A DNA stretch of 32,000 bases from Clostridia bacterium (GTDB taxonomy: Bacteria; Bacillota; Clostridia; Christensenellales; Aristaeellaceae). The notes under the pieces are model-generated. The model made no database searches. It saw only the letters and a program-made list of their open reading frames with translations, and was not told the DNA's origin. Below are positions 1-9,832 of the stretch, piece by piece (the stretch's first letter is position 1; each line of letters opens with the position of its first letter). The DNA is taken from assembly GCA_030526225.1 (NCBI GenBank), contig JAUNDF010000007.1:4863-36862 (forward strand), written 5' to 3'. Position numbers and translations under genes: made by a program.

Positions 1-1
1 G

Positions 2-1189
2 CTTCAGCGTATTCCCGTGTATACCGCGGAGACATGGACCGGCACGAGCGATTGTGCCGCCATGGTGGATGCATTGTTCGGCACGGGCTTGAGCCGCGCA
101 ATTGACGGAATAGCCGCTGATTTGATTGATATGGTCAACCGCAGCGGCTTGCCGGTTGTTGCGGTGGATATCCCCTCGGGCCTGTCCGGCTTGACCGGCG
201 AGGTGCTGGGCTGTGCCGTGAAGGCGGAGGAGACGGTGACCTTCCATCGGCCCAAGCCGGGGCTGTATCTGCGGCAAGGCCCTGACCATACGGGCAGGGT
301 AACGGTACAGCCCATCCTGATTCCTAAAGATTACGGCCACACGGAGGGCCTTCGAGTGATGGAGGCCGGTGACCTGACGGGTATCCTGCCTCGGCGCAGT
401 CCTGTGTCCCACAAGGGGACCTACGGCAGGGCGGTCATTTTTGCCGGCTCCATGGGTATGTGCGGCGCGGCGGCGTTTGCGGCAAAGGCATGCATCAAAA
501 CAGGGGCCGGATTGACCACCCTTCTTTGCCGGGAGAGCATCGCCCCCATTCTGCAGACCCTTGTGCCGGAGGTGACCTGCACCATCCTGCCGGAAAAAGA
601 CGGCAAGCTGACGGACGAGGCGGTCAGCATCGCGGCATCAGCCTTTGCCGGGGCGGATGCGGTCGCGGCGGGCTGCGGACTGGGTCAGCAGGCGGATGTG
701 CTGCCCGTGCTGGCATGCATCCAGTCACTGCAGTGTCCCGCTGTCTGGGATGCGGATGCGCTGAATCTGCTGGCGAAGCATCCGACGAAACTGATGCCGC
801 ATCATGTGCTGACCCCGCATCCCGGAGAAGCGGCCCGCATGCTGGGCATCTCCGCGGCGGCTGTCACCGCAGACCCGATATCTGCCATGGAAAAGCTTCA
901 TCAGCAGTACGGCGGCACGGTGCTGCTGAAGGGTGCGCGTTCCCTGATGACGGACGACACCCATCACGCCATCAACGGCTGCGGCACACCGGCGCTGGCC
1001 AAGGGCGGCAGCGGTGACATCCTCACCGGCATTCTGTGCGCACTGCTGGCCATGTACAGGGACATCGATTCTCTCACGCTGACACAGGCCGCGTCCCTCA
1101 TCCATGCCAGGGCGGCTATATCTGCCGCAGAAAAACGCGGCGAACACAACGTGCTGCCCGGGGACATCATTGAGGAAATCCGGATATAA
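2..1189 (+). CDS. nnr: Bifunctional NAD(P)H-hydrate repair enzyme (YjeF_N epimerase fused to ADP-dependent dehydratase). It is 5'-truncated by the window edge.
   Basis: The frame is open from base 2 with no start context. The N-terminal part carries DALFGTGLSR...VVAVDIPSGL (YjeF_N). The C-terminal part carries HKGTYGRAVIFAGSMGMCGAAAFAAKA...GDILTG (carbohydrate-kinase-like dehydratase). Stop codon is TAA. Confidence 0.9.
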   Translation, partial: LQRIPVYTAETWTGTSDCAAMVDALFGTGLSRAIDGIAADLIDMVNRSGLPVVAVDIPSGLSGLTGEVLGCAVKAEETVTFHRPKPGLYLRQGPDHTGRVTVQPILIPKDYGHTEGLRVMEAGDLTGILPRRSPVSHKGTYGRAVIFAGSMGMCGAAAFAAKACIKTGAGLTTLLCRESIAPILQTLVPEVTCTILPEKDGKLTDEAVSIAASAFAGADAVAAGCGLGQQADVLPVLACIQSLQCPAVWDADALNLLAKHPTKLMPHHVLTPHPGEAARMLGISAAAVTADPISAMEKLHQQYGGTVLLKGARSLMTDDTHHAINGCGTPALAKGGSGDILTGILCALLAMYRDIDSLTLTQAASLIHARAAISAAEKRGEHNVLPGDIIEEIRI

Positions 1190-1195
1190 GCAAAG

Positions 1196-1236
1196 AAAAA
1201 CGCTATGCCCCAATCGGAGCATAGCGCATTTTGTTT
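1196..1236. terminator. Bidirectional rho-independent terminator between the convergent nnr and fba genes
   Basis: The stem is CGCTATGC (1201-1208) paired with GCATAGCG (1219-1226). It is preceded by an A-run (GAAAAA) and followed by CATTTTGTTT. Confidence 0.6.
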
Positions 1237-1267
1237 GGAAAGAAACGGGAAAGGCGGGAAACGAAGA

Positions 1268-2206
1268 TTAAGCCTTGCCGTTGCAGCCCAGCACGTTCAC
1301 GATCTTGTGAGCCACCATTTCCTTCACAGCCTGACGGGCGGGCTTGAGGTACTGACGGGGGTCAAAGTGATCGGGATGCTCGGCGAAGTACTTGCGGATG
1401 CTGGCGGTCATGGCCAGACGGATGTCAGAGTCGATGTTGATTTTGCAGACAGCACTCTGGGCAGCCTGACGCAGCTGTTCCTCGGGGATGCCGATGGCGC
1501 CGGGCATGTTGCCGCCGTACTGGTTGATTTCAGCCACAAAGTTCTGGGGAACGGAGGAAGCACCGTGCAGAACGATGGGGAAGTTGGGCAGCTCCTTGGT
1601 CACGGCATCCAGCACGTCGAAGCGCAGCTGGGGCTTGGTGCCGGGCTTGAACTTGTAAGCGCCGTGGCTGGTGCCGATGGCGATGGCCAGGGAGTCGCAG
1701 CCGGTGCGGGTAGCGAAGTCAACAACTTCCTCGGGACGGGTGTACATGGCCTTGTCGGCATCAACGGAAACCTCATCCTCAACGCCGGCCAGGGTGCCCA
1801 GCTCGGCTTCAACCACCACGCCGTGGTCATGAGCGTACTCAACCACCTTGCGGGTCAGGGCGATGTTTTCTTCGTAGGGCTTGCTGGAAGCGTCAATCAT
1901 AACGGAGGTGAAGCCGCCGTCGATGCAGCTCTTGCACAGCTCGAAGGAATCGCCGTGGTCCAGATGCAGAGCGATCGGGATGTCGGGGTTCTCTTCGGCA
2001 GCGGCCTGCACCAGCTTCACCAGATAGGTGTGGTTGGCATAGGCACGGGCGCCCTTGGAAACCTGCAGGATCACGGGAGCCTTCAGCTCGCCGGCTGCCT
2101 CGGTGATGCCCTGAATGATTTCCATGTTATTCACATTGAAAGCACCGACAGCATAACCGCCGGCATAAGCCTTTTCGAACATTTCTTTCGTGGTTACGAT
2201 AGCCAT
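1268..2206 (-). CDS. fba: Class II fructose-1,6-bisphosphate aldolase
   Basis: 312 aa. MAIVTTKEMFEKAYAGGYAVGAFNVNNMEIIQG...LHLDHG...HGASS matches the class II FBA family end to end. AAGGAGG ribosome-binding site upstream. Stop codon is TAA. Confidence 0.95.
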   Translation of the reverse strand: MAIVTTKEMFEKAYAGGYAVGAFNVNNMEIIQGITEAAGELKAPVILQVSKGARAYANHTYLVKLVQAAAEENPDIPIALHLDHGDSFELCKSCIDGGFTSVMIDASSKPYEENIALTRKVVEYAHDHGVVVEAELGTLAGVEDEVSVDADKAMYTRPEEVVDFATRTGCDSLAIAIGTSHGAYKFKPGTKPQLRFDVLDAVTKELPNFPIVLHGASSVPQNFVAEINQYGGNMPGAIGIPEEQLRQAAQSAVCKINIDSDIRLAMTASIRKYFAEHPDHFDPRQYLKPARQAVKEMVAHKIVNVLGCNGKA

Positions 2207-2243
2207 TGGAATGACCTCCTTAACATTATGGATGTTCCGGTAC

Positions 2244-2273
2244 AGTATATCACAGAATCACGAAAATGTGAAA
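2244..2273 (-). promoter_or_regulatory. Candidate SigA-type promoter for fba, with an extended -10
   Basis: Minus strand reads TTTCAC-N18-TATACT, with a TG two bases upstream of the -10 (TGaTATACT). It lies about 40 nt upstream of the fba start. Confidence 0.4.
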
Positions 2274-2317
2274 CCTTTTATCGTAAAATTTTTCACAATC
2301 TTTGAAAGCGGACACAA

Positions 2318-3439
2318 TCAGCCGCCGTACAGGGCCACATATTCCTCAAGGCACAGGTTTTCATCCCGCATGATGAGGGCATGCTCCCGCCCCACATAGC
2401 GGAAATGCCACGGCTCGCCGGTGATGCCGGTCAGCTCCTTTTTGTCATCCTGATAGCGGAGGATAAAGCCGTAGTCCCAGCAATGTTCCGCCAGCCATGC
2501 GGCCTGCTTTGTGCCCTTGAAGGCGGTGCCGGGGACGGTGATATCAAAAGCGAGCCCGGTGTGATGCTCACTGCAGCCGGGCTCGGCAATTGTTTTCTTT
2601 GTGGCGGCCTTGGCCTTGGCGGCGGAGTAGCCGTCCTTGCGGTATTTGTACACCTGATTGTCAAACAGCTTCTGCTGATAGGCCACCGAGCGCCAGCCGG
2701 CGGATATCTGCCAGGTGGTGATGCCGTCCTCGTGGGCGGCCCGGAGCATCTCCATCAGCGCATCCACGGCAATGCGTTCGCCCTCGATGCCATTGGCCTT
2801 GATGGTCACAAGCTTCCGGTCGCAGTAGTCGGTCATGTTGACCAGCTCCCGGGGCGTGTAGCCCTCGGGCAGGGGGTGCGTTTCGTTGACCAGCAGGGGA
2901 AAGCCGGGGAAATCACCCCCATCGGCGGTGAGAACCTCTTCCTCTTCCACAGGCATGGCGGCGGCAGGCTCGGCCGTTTCCGCGGGCGGCACGGTGGGCG
3001 TGGGGGTGGAAACATAGTTGGCGCTCTTGGCGTAGGGGGAGTAGAGCAGCTCGCAGGTCTGGCTGCCCGCAAGGCCGTCGGCGGGGATGCCGTTGGCCTG
3101 CTGGAAGGCGTACACCGCCTCCCGGGTGCCGTTGCCGTACTGGCCGTCAATCACGCCGCTGTAGTAGCCCAGCGTCTGCAGACGGGACTGCAGGTTCCTG
3201 ACCTCTTCGCCCTGGGAGCCCACCCTGAGAATCTGCGGGGCAGGGGTGGCGTTGGGGTCGGGGGTGATGAGCATGGCGTTGCCGTAGGGCGGCACCGGCG
3301 TGGGGGTGGAGGCGGCCTCCTCTGCCGCCTGATGGGCCAGATTGCTGACCTGTACCCCCAGCACCGCGGTGACGGCCAGTAGAATCACCAGCAGAATCAG
3401 GCCGATGACCAGCCTTGGGTTAACGGAATCCTTTTTCAT
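2318..3439 (-). CDS. Membrane-anchored D-alanyl-D-alanine carboxypeptidase (M15B/VanY family) with a peptidoglycan-binding domain
   Basis: 373 aa. N-terminal transmembrane helix. PG_binding_1 motif (LQSRLQTLGYYSGVIDGQYGNGTREAV). VanY-type motifs SEHHTGLAFDI and EPWHFRYVG. Stop codon is TGA. Confidence 0.85.
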   Translation of the reverse strand: MKKDSVNPRLVIGLILLVILLAVTAVLGVQVSNLAHQAAEEAASTPTPVPPYGNAMLITPDPNATPAPQILRVGSQGEEVRNLQSRLQTLGYYSGVIDGQYGNGTREAVYAFQQANGIPADGLAGSQTCELLYSPYAKSANYVSTPTPTVPPAETAEPAAAMPVEEEEVLTADGGDFPGFPLLVNETHPLPEGYTPRELVNMTDYCDRKLVTIKANGIEGERIAVDALMEMLRAAHEDGITTWQISAGWRSVAYQQKLFDNQVYKYRKDGYSAAKAKAATKKTIAEPGCSEHHTGLAFDITVPGTAFKGTKQAAWLAEHCWDYGFILRYQDDKKELTGITGEPWHFRYVGREHALIMRDENLCLEEYVALYGG

Positions 3440-3458
3440 AAATCAATGTATCTCCTGT

Positions 3459-3752
3459 TTAGTGGGAAGCAATCATTGCCCTGACGGAAAAAACAATGCG
3501 GAGGCCGAGAAAGAGCATGGCCACAATGCAGGCCACCAGCAAAGTCAGCATGATGATGCAAAACACCAGCCGCCCGGAAATCTTCCCGTTTTTTCTGTAC
3601 TTCCGGTATTCCTTTTCGGCTTCATCCTGCAGCAGCTTCAGATCCTGATACAGCTCGTATACCTTGTAAATGCCGTACCCGATGAAACAGACAGCAATGA
3701 TGGCAACGGGGATACCGATAATCAGGGCCAGTATGCCGAGCGCCTGCTTCAT
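3459..3752 (-). CDS. Small integral membrane protein of unknown function
   Basis: I chose the internal ATG at 3752 (MKQALGILALIIG...) because AGGAGGAA lies about 8 nt upstream of it. The longer ORF that starts at 3821 lacks a ribosome-binding site. Two predicted transmembrane helices. Stop codon is TAA, 20 nt before the VanY-like start, so the two genes probably form an operon. Confidence 0.5.
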   Translation of the reverse strand: MKQALGILALIIGIPVAIIAVCFIGYGIYKVYELYQDLKLLQDEAEKEYRKYRKNGKISGRLVFCIIMLTLLVACIVAMLFLGLRIVFSVRAMIASH

Positions 3753-3890
3753 AGCCGCATTCCTCCTGTCAAGGGAATACCCATAGTATACCCTTGATTT
3801 TCCAAAGCTGCAAGCTTGCATTTTCCGCCGGGAAAAGCTACAATGTAAATTGGATTAATATCGGTAGAAATCATCCGGAGGCGAGGAAGA

Positions 3891-4622
3891 ATGCAACTGA
3901 CCATCCTTGGCAACAACGGTCCGTATCCCGTGCCCGGCGGCGCCTGCTCCGGCTATCTTGTGTATGATGATAAGTCCTGCGTGCAGCTGGATCTGGGCAC
4001 CGGAACGCTTGCCGCCCTTGGCCGCCGCATGGACCCTGAAATGCTGGACGGCCTGCTGTTTTCCCACTGGCATCACGACCATTCCAGCGATGTGCTGCCC
4101 CTGCTTTACCGGCTGGCAGATACCCTCGGTGCCGACGGCAGACAGCTGCAGATCTACGCTCCGGAGGACGAGACCTCACCGGAATACAGGGCGGTGATGG
4201 CTTGCCCTGCCATCCGCCTGACGCAGGTAACACCCGGCATGACCTTTCAGGCGGGGGAACTTCGCGTAACGGTGCATCAGGCGCGGCATCCGGTGCCGGC
4301 GGTGATGTACCGGCTGGAGGATCAGGCGGGCAAGGTGCTGTGCTTCACCGGCGATACCAACACGGTGGCGGGCCTTGAGGATTTTGCCCGTAATGCCGAC
4401 CTTCTGCTGGCGGACGGCTTGTTCCCGGAGGCGGTCTGGTCGGAGGAAAAGCCCCATCTGTCTGCGGCGCTGGCTGCAAAGCTGGCAGCTGATGCAGGGG
4501 CCAAGCAGCTGGTGCTGACCCACTTCAGCCCCCGCTTCAACCAGAAGCAGCTGCTTCAGGAGGCACGTGCCTTCTATAAGAATGTAAAGCTGGCACAAAT
4601 CGGCGATACCTACACGGTGTAA
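3891..4622 (+). CDS. MBL-fold metallo-hydrolase (RNase Z/beta-lactamase-like)
   Basis: 243 aa. Contains the HWHHDH zinc motif and the downstream GDT and H residues typical of the metallo-beta-lactamase fold. GGAGGCGAGGAAGA ribosome-binding site before the ATG. Stop codon is TAA. Confidence 0.8.
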   Translation: MQLTILGNNGPYPVPGGACSGYLVYDDKSCVQLDLGTGTLAALGRRMDPEMLDGLLFSHWHHDHSSDVLPLLYRLADTLGADGRQLQIYAPEDETSPEYRAVMACPAIRLTQVTPGMTFQAGELRVTVHQARHPVPAVMYRLEDQAGKVLCFTGDTNTVAGLEDFARNADLLLADGLFPEAVWSEEKPHLSAALAAKLAADAGAKQLVLTHFSPRFNQKQLLQEARAFYKNVKLAQIGDTYTV

Positions 4623-4629
4623 TGCAGCC

Positions 4630-6891
4630 ATGACCAGGGAAAGATTCTTCAAAACGCTGCATACCTGTCTGCTGCCGCTGTGTGCCCTGACCTTTGCTGC
4701 GGGCATCCTGCTGGGCCGCGCAGGGGGCAGCATGTTGTACGGCTGGCTGGCCCTGATTCCCGCGGTGCTGGCGGTTATCGTGATGCCGAAGAAGCTCCGC
4801 TTTATCGGCGCCGCCTCGGTGATGCTGGTGCTGGGCTTTCTGTGGGGCTATCCGGCATTCCATCCGGCTATGCAGGAGGAAGGACTGTACCGTGTGCAGG
4901 GTGTAATGGCGGATGTCATCACTGTCAAAGGACAGCAGCACAGAACGGTGCTGTGTGATGTTACGCTGAACGGTCAGCCGGCGGGCAGCGATGTCTACTG
5001 GACCTTTTACGCCGAGGAAATGCCGGAAGGGCTGGCCCCGGGCAGACAGGTTTCCTTTGAGGGGGAGCTGTATCATCCGTCAAGCGCGGAGAATCCCGAG
5101 GGCTTCAACTTCCGGGAGTATCTTTTGGGCAGCGGCATCAGCTGTGCGCTGTACGGCAATACAGGGCTGGAGGTCCGTCCGTGCCCCTATTTTTCCCTGC
5201 GGGCCATGGCTGCTTCTGTGCGCCAATCCCTCAGCGATACCATGGCACAAGCCATGAGCCCATAGGCCGCCGCCTTTGCATCAGCCATGCTGCTGGGTGA
5301 CCGGAGCATGATTGATGCAGAGGACAGGGCCGCCTTCAACCGGCTGGGTATTGCCCACATTCTGTCCATGTCGGGCTTTCATGTGGGCATTCTGGCGGCA
5401 ATGCTGATGCTGGTGCTGAAAAAAGCATCGCCGCGCTTCCGGCTTTGCGTGACGGGGCTGGTGCTGGCCTTCTACTGCCTGCTGACCGGCGGTCATGTGC
5501 CGGTGATCCGCGCCGGCTGTCTGGTGCTCATCAGCCAGTACGGCAGGATGAAAAACAGGCGCGTGGATACCCGCTGGGTGCTGTGCGCCGCCTTTATCAT
5601 CACGCTGATGCTTTGCCCGGCGCAGCTTGTTTCCGCAGGCTTCCACATGACCTATGGCGCGGTGCTGGGGCTGAGCATTGTGAGCCGTGCACTGCAAAGG
5701 CTGTCCCCGCTGGGCAGCCGCCCTGTGGGCAAGGCGGTGTGGCAATCCTTCGCGGCCTCTGCGGGCGCGCAGTTCGGCATTCTGCTGCCCCAGCTGTACT
5801 GGTTTCAGCAGCTGCCGCTCATCAGCCTGATATTGAACATGGCGGTGATTCCCTTCGGCAGTCTGCTCATCGGCTGCCTGTGGGTCAATCTCCTGCTGTG
5901 CCTGTGGATGCCTGCGGCGCAGCTGTTCGGCCATGTGACCTCCTTTTTGACGGACATCCTGCTGGGTGCCGTGCGCCTGACGAACACATGGCCGGTGATG
6001 ATGCTCTGGACCCGCCGTGCAACGCTGCTGACGGCGCTGATGTGGGCGGGGATGCTCCTTGTGCTGTGCGTGTCATGGCGGGGGAGGAAAAAGCGGATGG
6101 GCTGCACCTTTGCCGCCATGGCGATGGTGCTGTGCCTGTCCCTGTGCCCGCTGCCCCATCATGGGACGGAATACATCCAGCTGTCTGTGGGCAATGCCGA
6201 TGCCGCCATCCTGCGGGATGAAAATACGGTCACCGTCATTGACACCGGCGAAGACGGCAGTGCAGTCAGCGATTATCTCCATGCCGGACGGCTGTCTGTT
6301 GACCATTTGATTTTGACACACCTGCACATGGACCATCTGGGCGGCGCAGCAGCACTGCTTCAGGACGGCATCCCCATCCGGCGGGTGTATATCCCCGAGG
6401 GCGCGGAAACGGCTGGCATCAGCGACGATGCACGGGCTGTGCTGGCTGCCCTGCGGAACAGCGGGGCGGAAATCGTTGCCGTCAGCCGGGGGGATACGCT
6501 GATGCTGCCCTCCGGCACACTGCAGGTGCTTTGGCCGGAGAAGGGCCGCGTACGCCCGGGGCAGGATGCCAACAGCTCTTCCCTCGTCCTGCGGGCAGAG
6601 CTTCGCGGCAGCACCATGCTGCTCACCGGCGATGTGGACGGCGATTACGAGCATTACGCCGCCGCACCGGCGGATATCCTGAAGGTTGCCCATCACGGCT
6701 CCTACAGCTCCACCGGACCGGCGTTTGTACAGGCTGTTTCGCCCAGAGCGGCGATTCTTTCCGGAAAGACCGCGGGCAGGATTGAGAAAACGAAGGAGCG
6801 GCTGGGCTGCCCTGTGTATGCCACGGGGGAGCGCGGCGCCGTAACGGTGGTGCTGGAGGAAGGCGGCTTCCGCATCAGCACGGTAAAATAA
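4630..6891 (+). CDS. comEC: DNA internalization competence protein ComEC/Rec2 (DUF4131 + Competence + MBL domains) with one in-frame TAG at 5263-5265. Under code 11 it would be a pseudogene or two fragments (4630-5265 and 5287-6891).
   Basis: Both ORFs are in the same frame (4630 and 5287 are each 1 mod 3). Reading through gives ...AQAMSP[TAG]AAAFASAMLLGDRSMIDAEDRAAFNRLGIAHILSMSGFHVGIL, which is the conserved ComEC core. The C-terminus carries HLHMDHLGG (MBL domain). holA is immediately downstream, as in Firmicute comE loci. No Shine-Dalgarno sequence precedes ATG 5287. Confidence 0.85.
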
Positions 6892-6912
6892 GCAATTTTT
6901 GTGAGGAACAGT

Positions 6913-7914
6913 ATGAATCATCGTGAATTGCAGCAGGCCATTGCAGCGGGGAAAATCGGGCGGCTGTACCTGCTGGACGGCACCGAGGAAAACCTGAAGG
7001 ACGAAGCGCTGCAGCTGCTGCGCAAGCAGGTGCTGCAGGAGGGGCTGGAGGACCTGAACGAGGCCGTGATGGACAATCCCCCCACGGACCAGATTATCGC
7101 CGCCGCGGAAACCCTGCCCTTTATTGCAGACAGGCGGCTGGTTATCGTCCGGGATCTGCAGTGCCTGACAGGCCGCGGAGAGACCGATGACCGGCTGAAG
7201 GACTACATGGCCCATGTGCCGGATACCACCGTGCTGGTGTTCTTTACCCGCGGCAAGGCCAACGGCACCAAGGCGCTGTACAAGCAGATTAAAAAGCACG
7301 GCCAGATTGTCACCTTTGAAAAGCTGAAGGGAGCGGAGCTGACAAGGTGGATTGTGGAGGAATTCCGCAAAAACGGCAAGACCTGCTCCAATCAGGTGGC
7401 GGACAGGCTGTCCTTTACCACCGGCACGGATACGGGGCTGTTGACGGCGGAAATTGCGAAGATTTCCTCCATGGCCGATGACCGGGACAATGTGGACCCG
7501 GAGGACATCGACAGGATGGCCACCCGCTCCATTGAATGCACCGTGTTTGAAATGGTGGATGCGGTGGTGGCCGGTCAGCAGTCACGGGCCTTCCGGCTGA
7601 TGCGGGACATGGTCACTGCCGGCGAGGACCGGCTGGGCATCCTGGCCATGCTGCTGCGTCAGTACCGGATGCTGCAGCACGTGAAAATCATGCAGTACGA
7701 AAAAAAGAGCGTGCAGGCCATGCAGCAGAGCCTGGCGGTGGCACCCTTCGTGATGGAGCGGTACCTGCGGCAGGCCAAGAGCTACACCGGCGGTCAGGTG
7801 AAGCGGGCGGTGGACATCTGCCTTGATACGGAATACCGTGTCAAGTCCGGCCGGATGAATCAGGAGGGCTCGCTGGAAGCCGCCATGTTAAAAATCTTTG
7901 CCCTGCGGCAGTAA
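6913..7914 (+). CDS. holA: DNA polymerase III delta subunit
   Basis: 333 aa, counted from the ATG at 6913 (GAGGAA ribosome-binding site at 6903-6908). Delta-subunit-like N-terminus (LYLLDGTEENLKDEAL) and C-terminal domain. Conserved position after comEC. Stop codon is TAA. Confidence 0.85.
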   Translation: MNHRELQQAIAAGKIGRLYLLDGTEENLKDEALQLLRKQVLQEGLEDLNEAVMDNPPTDQIIAAAETLPFIADRRLVIVRDLQCLTGRGETDDRLKDYMAHVPDTTVLVFFTRGKANGTKALYKQIKKHGQIVTFEKLKGAELTRWIVEEFRKNGKTCSNQVADRLSFTTGTDTGLLTAEIAKISSMADDRDNVDPEDIDRMATRSIECTVFEMVDAVVAGQQSRAFRLMRDMVTAGEDRLGILAMLLRQYRMLQHVKIMQYEKKSVQAMQQSLAVAPFVMERYLRQAKSYTGGQVKRAVDICLDTEYRVKSGRMNQEGSLEAAMLKIFALRQ

Positions 7915-7929
7915 GAAAAGAGGAAACCC

Positions 7930-8502
7930 ATGAAACGCAAGGAATTTCTTGATTTATACCAAACGGTGATGGTCACCGACCCCAAAACCGGCAAGCAGAA
8001 GCGCCGGGCCAAGTACATCGGGCCGTATTATGAAACGGACATGGCTTCCAAGCGGAAGCTGGTGCCGCTGCTGTGGGTGCTGTTTGTACTGCAGGCGGCG
8101 GTATACGCCGTCCCCGGGCTGATGTTTTCCACCATGATGACTGCATGGTATGTGCTGGTTCCGTACCTCATCTGCCTGCTGCCCATGCTGTATGCGCTGA
8201 TGGCCATGTTTGAAATCTCCACCATCAAAAATCCCCTGACCCGGGTGAAGCTGGCGGAAGGGCCGGAGAGCGCGAAGAACATGACCACCGCATCTGCCGT
8301 GGTGGGCATCATCTGGCTGGTGTGCGACATCATCTTTGCATTTGCCGGTGCCTTTGGCGCAACGCTTGCAAGCAACATCATCTGCATGGTGTGCGCGGCG
8401 GCCTTCAGCGGCCTGAACGCCATGATGGCAGTGAAAATCCGCACCATGGTGATTACGGAAAAACCGCAGGAGACGGAGGAGCGGCATGAAGGAGAAGCGT
8501 GA
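7930..8502 (+). CDS. Hypothetical multi-pass membrane protein
   Basis: 190 aa. AGAGGAAA ribosome-binding site. About four hydrophobic helices and an acidic tail. I do not recognise a family. Stop codon is TGA. It overlaps the next gene by 17 nt. Confidence 0.55.
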   Translation: MKRKEFLDLYQTVMVTDPKTGKQKRRAKYIGPYYETDMASKRKLVPLLWVLFVLQAAVYAVPGLMFSTMMTAWYVLVPYLICLLPMLYALMAMFEISTIKNPLTRVKLAEGPESAKNMTTASAVVGIIWLVCDIIFAFAGAFGATLASNIICMVCAAAFSGLNAMMAVKIRTMVITEKPQETEERHEGEA

Positions 8503-9790
8503 ATATACCCCCAGAGGCAGGGCAGACAAGGGCGCAAAGTTCCGCGGCTTTTCTCAGCCAAAGCGCCCCTGCGCCGCCAAACAGGAGACCGGTGATACCA
8601 AGGCGAAGACCGGCAAGCCTTCGCAGAAAAAGCCTGTGAGCAAGCTGGCCTGTCCTGTGGCCCACAAGTGCGGCGGCTGTCAGCTGACGACCATGACCTA
8701 CCGCGACCAGCTGGCGCTGAAAAAGAAGCAGGTCACGGAGCTTTTGGAGGGCATCTGTCCGGTGGAGGATGTCATCGGCATGGAGAAGCCCTTCCACTAC
8801 CGCAACAAGGTGCACGCCGTGCTGGGCGTGGATAAGCGTGGCATCCCCGTCAGCGGTGTGTATCAGGAGGGCACCCACCGGCTGGTGCCTGTGAAGTCCT
8901 GCCTGATTGAGGACCGCCGCGCCTCTGCCATCATCCAGACCATTGTGGCCATGCTGCCCCGCTACAAGCTGCGCATTTACAACGAGTACACCCATCGGGG
9001 CTTCCTGCGGCACATTCTCATCCGCACGGGCGAAAAGACAGGGCAGATCATGGTGGTGCTGGTGGCAACGGGCCGTGAATTCCCCGGCTACCGTGCCTTT
9101 GTGGAGGAACTGACGAAAAAGCACCCCGAAATCACCACCGTGGTGCTGAATGTCAACACCCGGGAGACCAGCATGGTGTTGGGGCAGAAGGATTATCCTC
9201 TGTATGGCGACGGATATATGGAGGACATTCTGTGCGGCAAGCGCTTCCGCATTTCGCCCCAGTCCTTCTTTCAGGTGAACGCCAAGCAGTGCGAGATCCT
9301 GTACAGCACTGCCCTTGATATGGCCGGGCTCACCGGCAGGGAAACGGTGCTGGATGCCTACTGCGGCACGGGCACCATCGGCCTTTGCGCCGCTGACAGG
9401 GCCAGGCATGTGCTGGGCGTGGAGCTGAACAGCGCCGCCGTGCGGGATGCCAAGGAAAACGCCCGCATCAACGGCATCAAAAACGCATCCTTCATCTGTG
9501 AGGACGCGGGCCGGTTTATGGTCAAGGCAGCCAGAGAGGGCTCTGTGCCTGATGTGGTGCTGATGGACCCGCCCCGGGCAGGCAGTGACGAGAACTTCCT
9601 CAAATCCCTGCTGACCCTTCAGCCGCCGAGGATTGTGTATGTATCCTGCAATCCCGAAACCCTGGCCCGGGATTTGCGCTATCTTGTGGAAGGCGGCTAC
9701 CGCGCCGAAAAAGCCATTCCCGTGGATATGTTCCCGTGGACGAGCCACGTGGAGACGGTGGTGGCGCTGTCCAAACCCTCTGCGGAGTAA
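8486..9790 (+). CDS. rlmD: 23S rRNA (uracil-C5)-methyltransferase, RlmD/RumA (TrmA) family
   Basis: 434 aa. Fe-S cluster cysteines (CPVAHKCGGCQL), SAM motif (DAYCGTGTIGL) and DPPRAG. Lys/Arg-rich N-terminal extension. GGAGGAG ribosome-binding site. Stop codon is TAA. Confidence 0.85.
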   Translation: MKEKREYTPRGRADKGAKFRGFSQPKRPCAAKQETGDTKAKTGKPSQKKPVSKLACPVAHKCGGCQLTTMTYRDQLALKKKQVTELLEGICPVEDVIGMEKPFHYRNKVHAVLGVDKRGIPVSGVYQEGTHRLVPVKSCLIEDRRASAIIQTIVAMLPRYKLRIYNEYTHRGFLRHILIRTGEKTGQIMVVLVATGREFPGYRAFVEELTKKHPEITTVVLNVNTRETSMVLGQKDYPLYGDGYMEDILCGKRFRISPQSFFQVNAKQCEILYSTALDMAGLTGRETVLDAYCGTGTIGLCAADRARHVLGVELNSAAVRDAKENARINGIKNASFICEDAGRFMVKAAREGSVPDVVLMDPPRAGSDENFLKSLLTLQPPRIVYVSCNPETLARDLRYLVEGGYRAEKAIPVDMFPWTSHVETVVALSKPSAE

Positions 9791-9832
9791 CCAAACACAG
9801 GACACAAAAAACAGAACGGCAGGTGAAAAAAT

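Noticed and set aside
2265-2300. Possible CcpA cre site or terminator in the fba upstream region (TGTGAAA...TTTCACA)
   Set aside because: The sequence does not fit the cre consensus (TGNAANCGNWNNCW) at the central CG. As a hairpin it has only a 7-bp stem with an 18-nt or longer loop. It overlaps the proposed -35 of the fba promoter, so I left it uncalled apart from noting its resemblance to the hairpin family.
1205-2305. Long 366-aa ORF on the plus strand, antisense to fba. Similar shadow ORFs occur at 2381-3382, 6073-7299, 8453-10219, 14174-15889, 16622-17332, 17747-19384, 20537-22072, 22470-23453, 24669-26045 and 30310-31236.
   Set aside because: Each one mirrors a gene with clear family identity on the opposite strand. 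Their translations are low-complexity Gly/Ala/His/Gln/Val-rich with no recognisable motifs. They lack ribosome-binding sites. Such open antisense frames are expected in GC-rich DNA.
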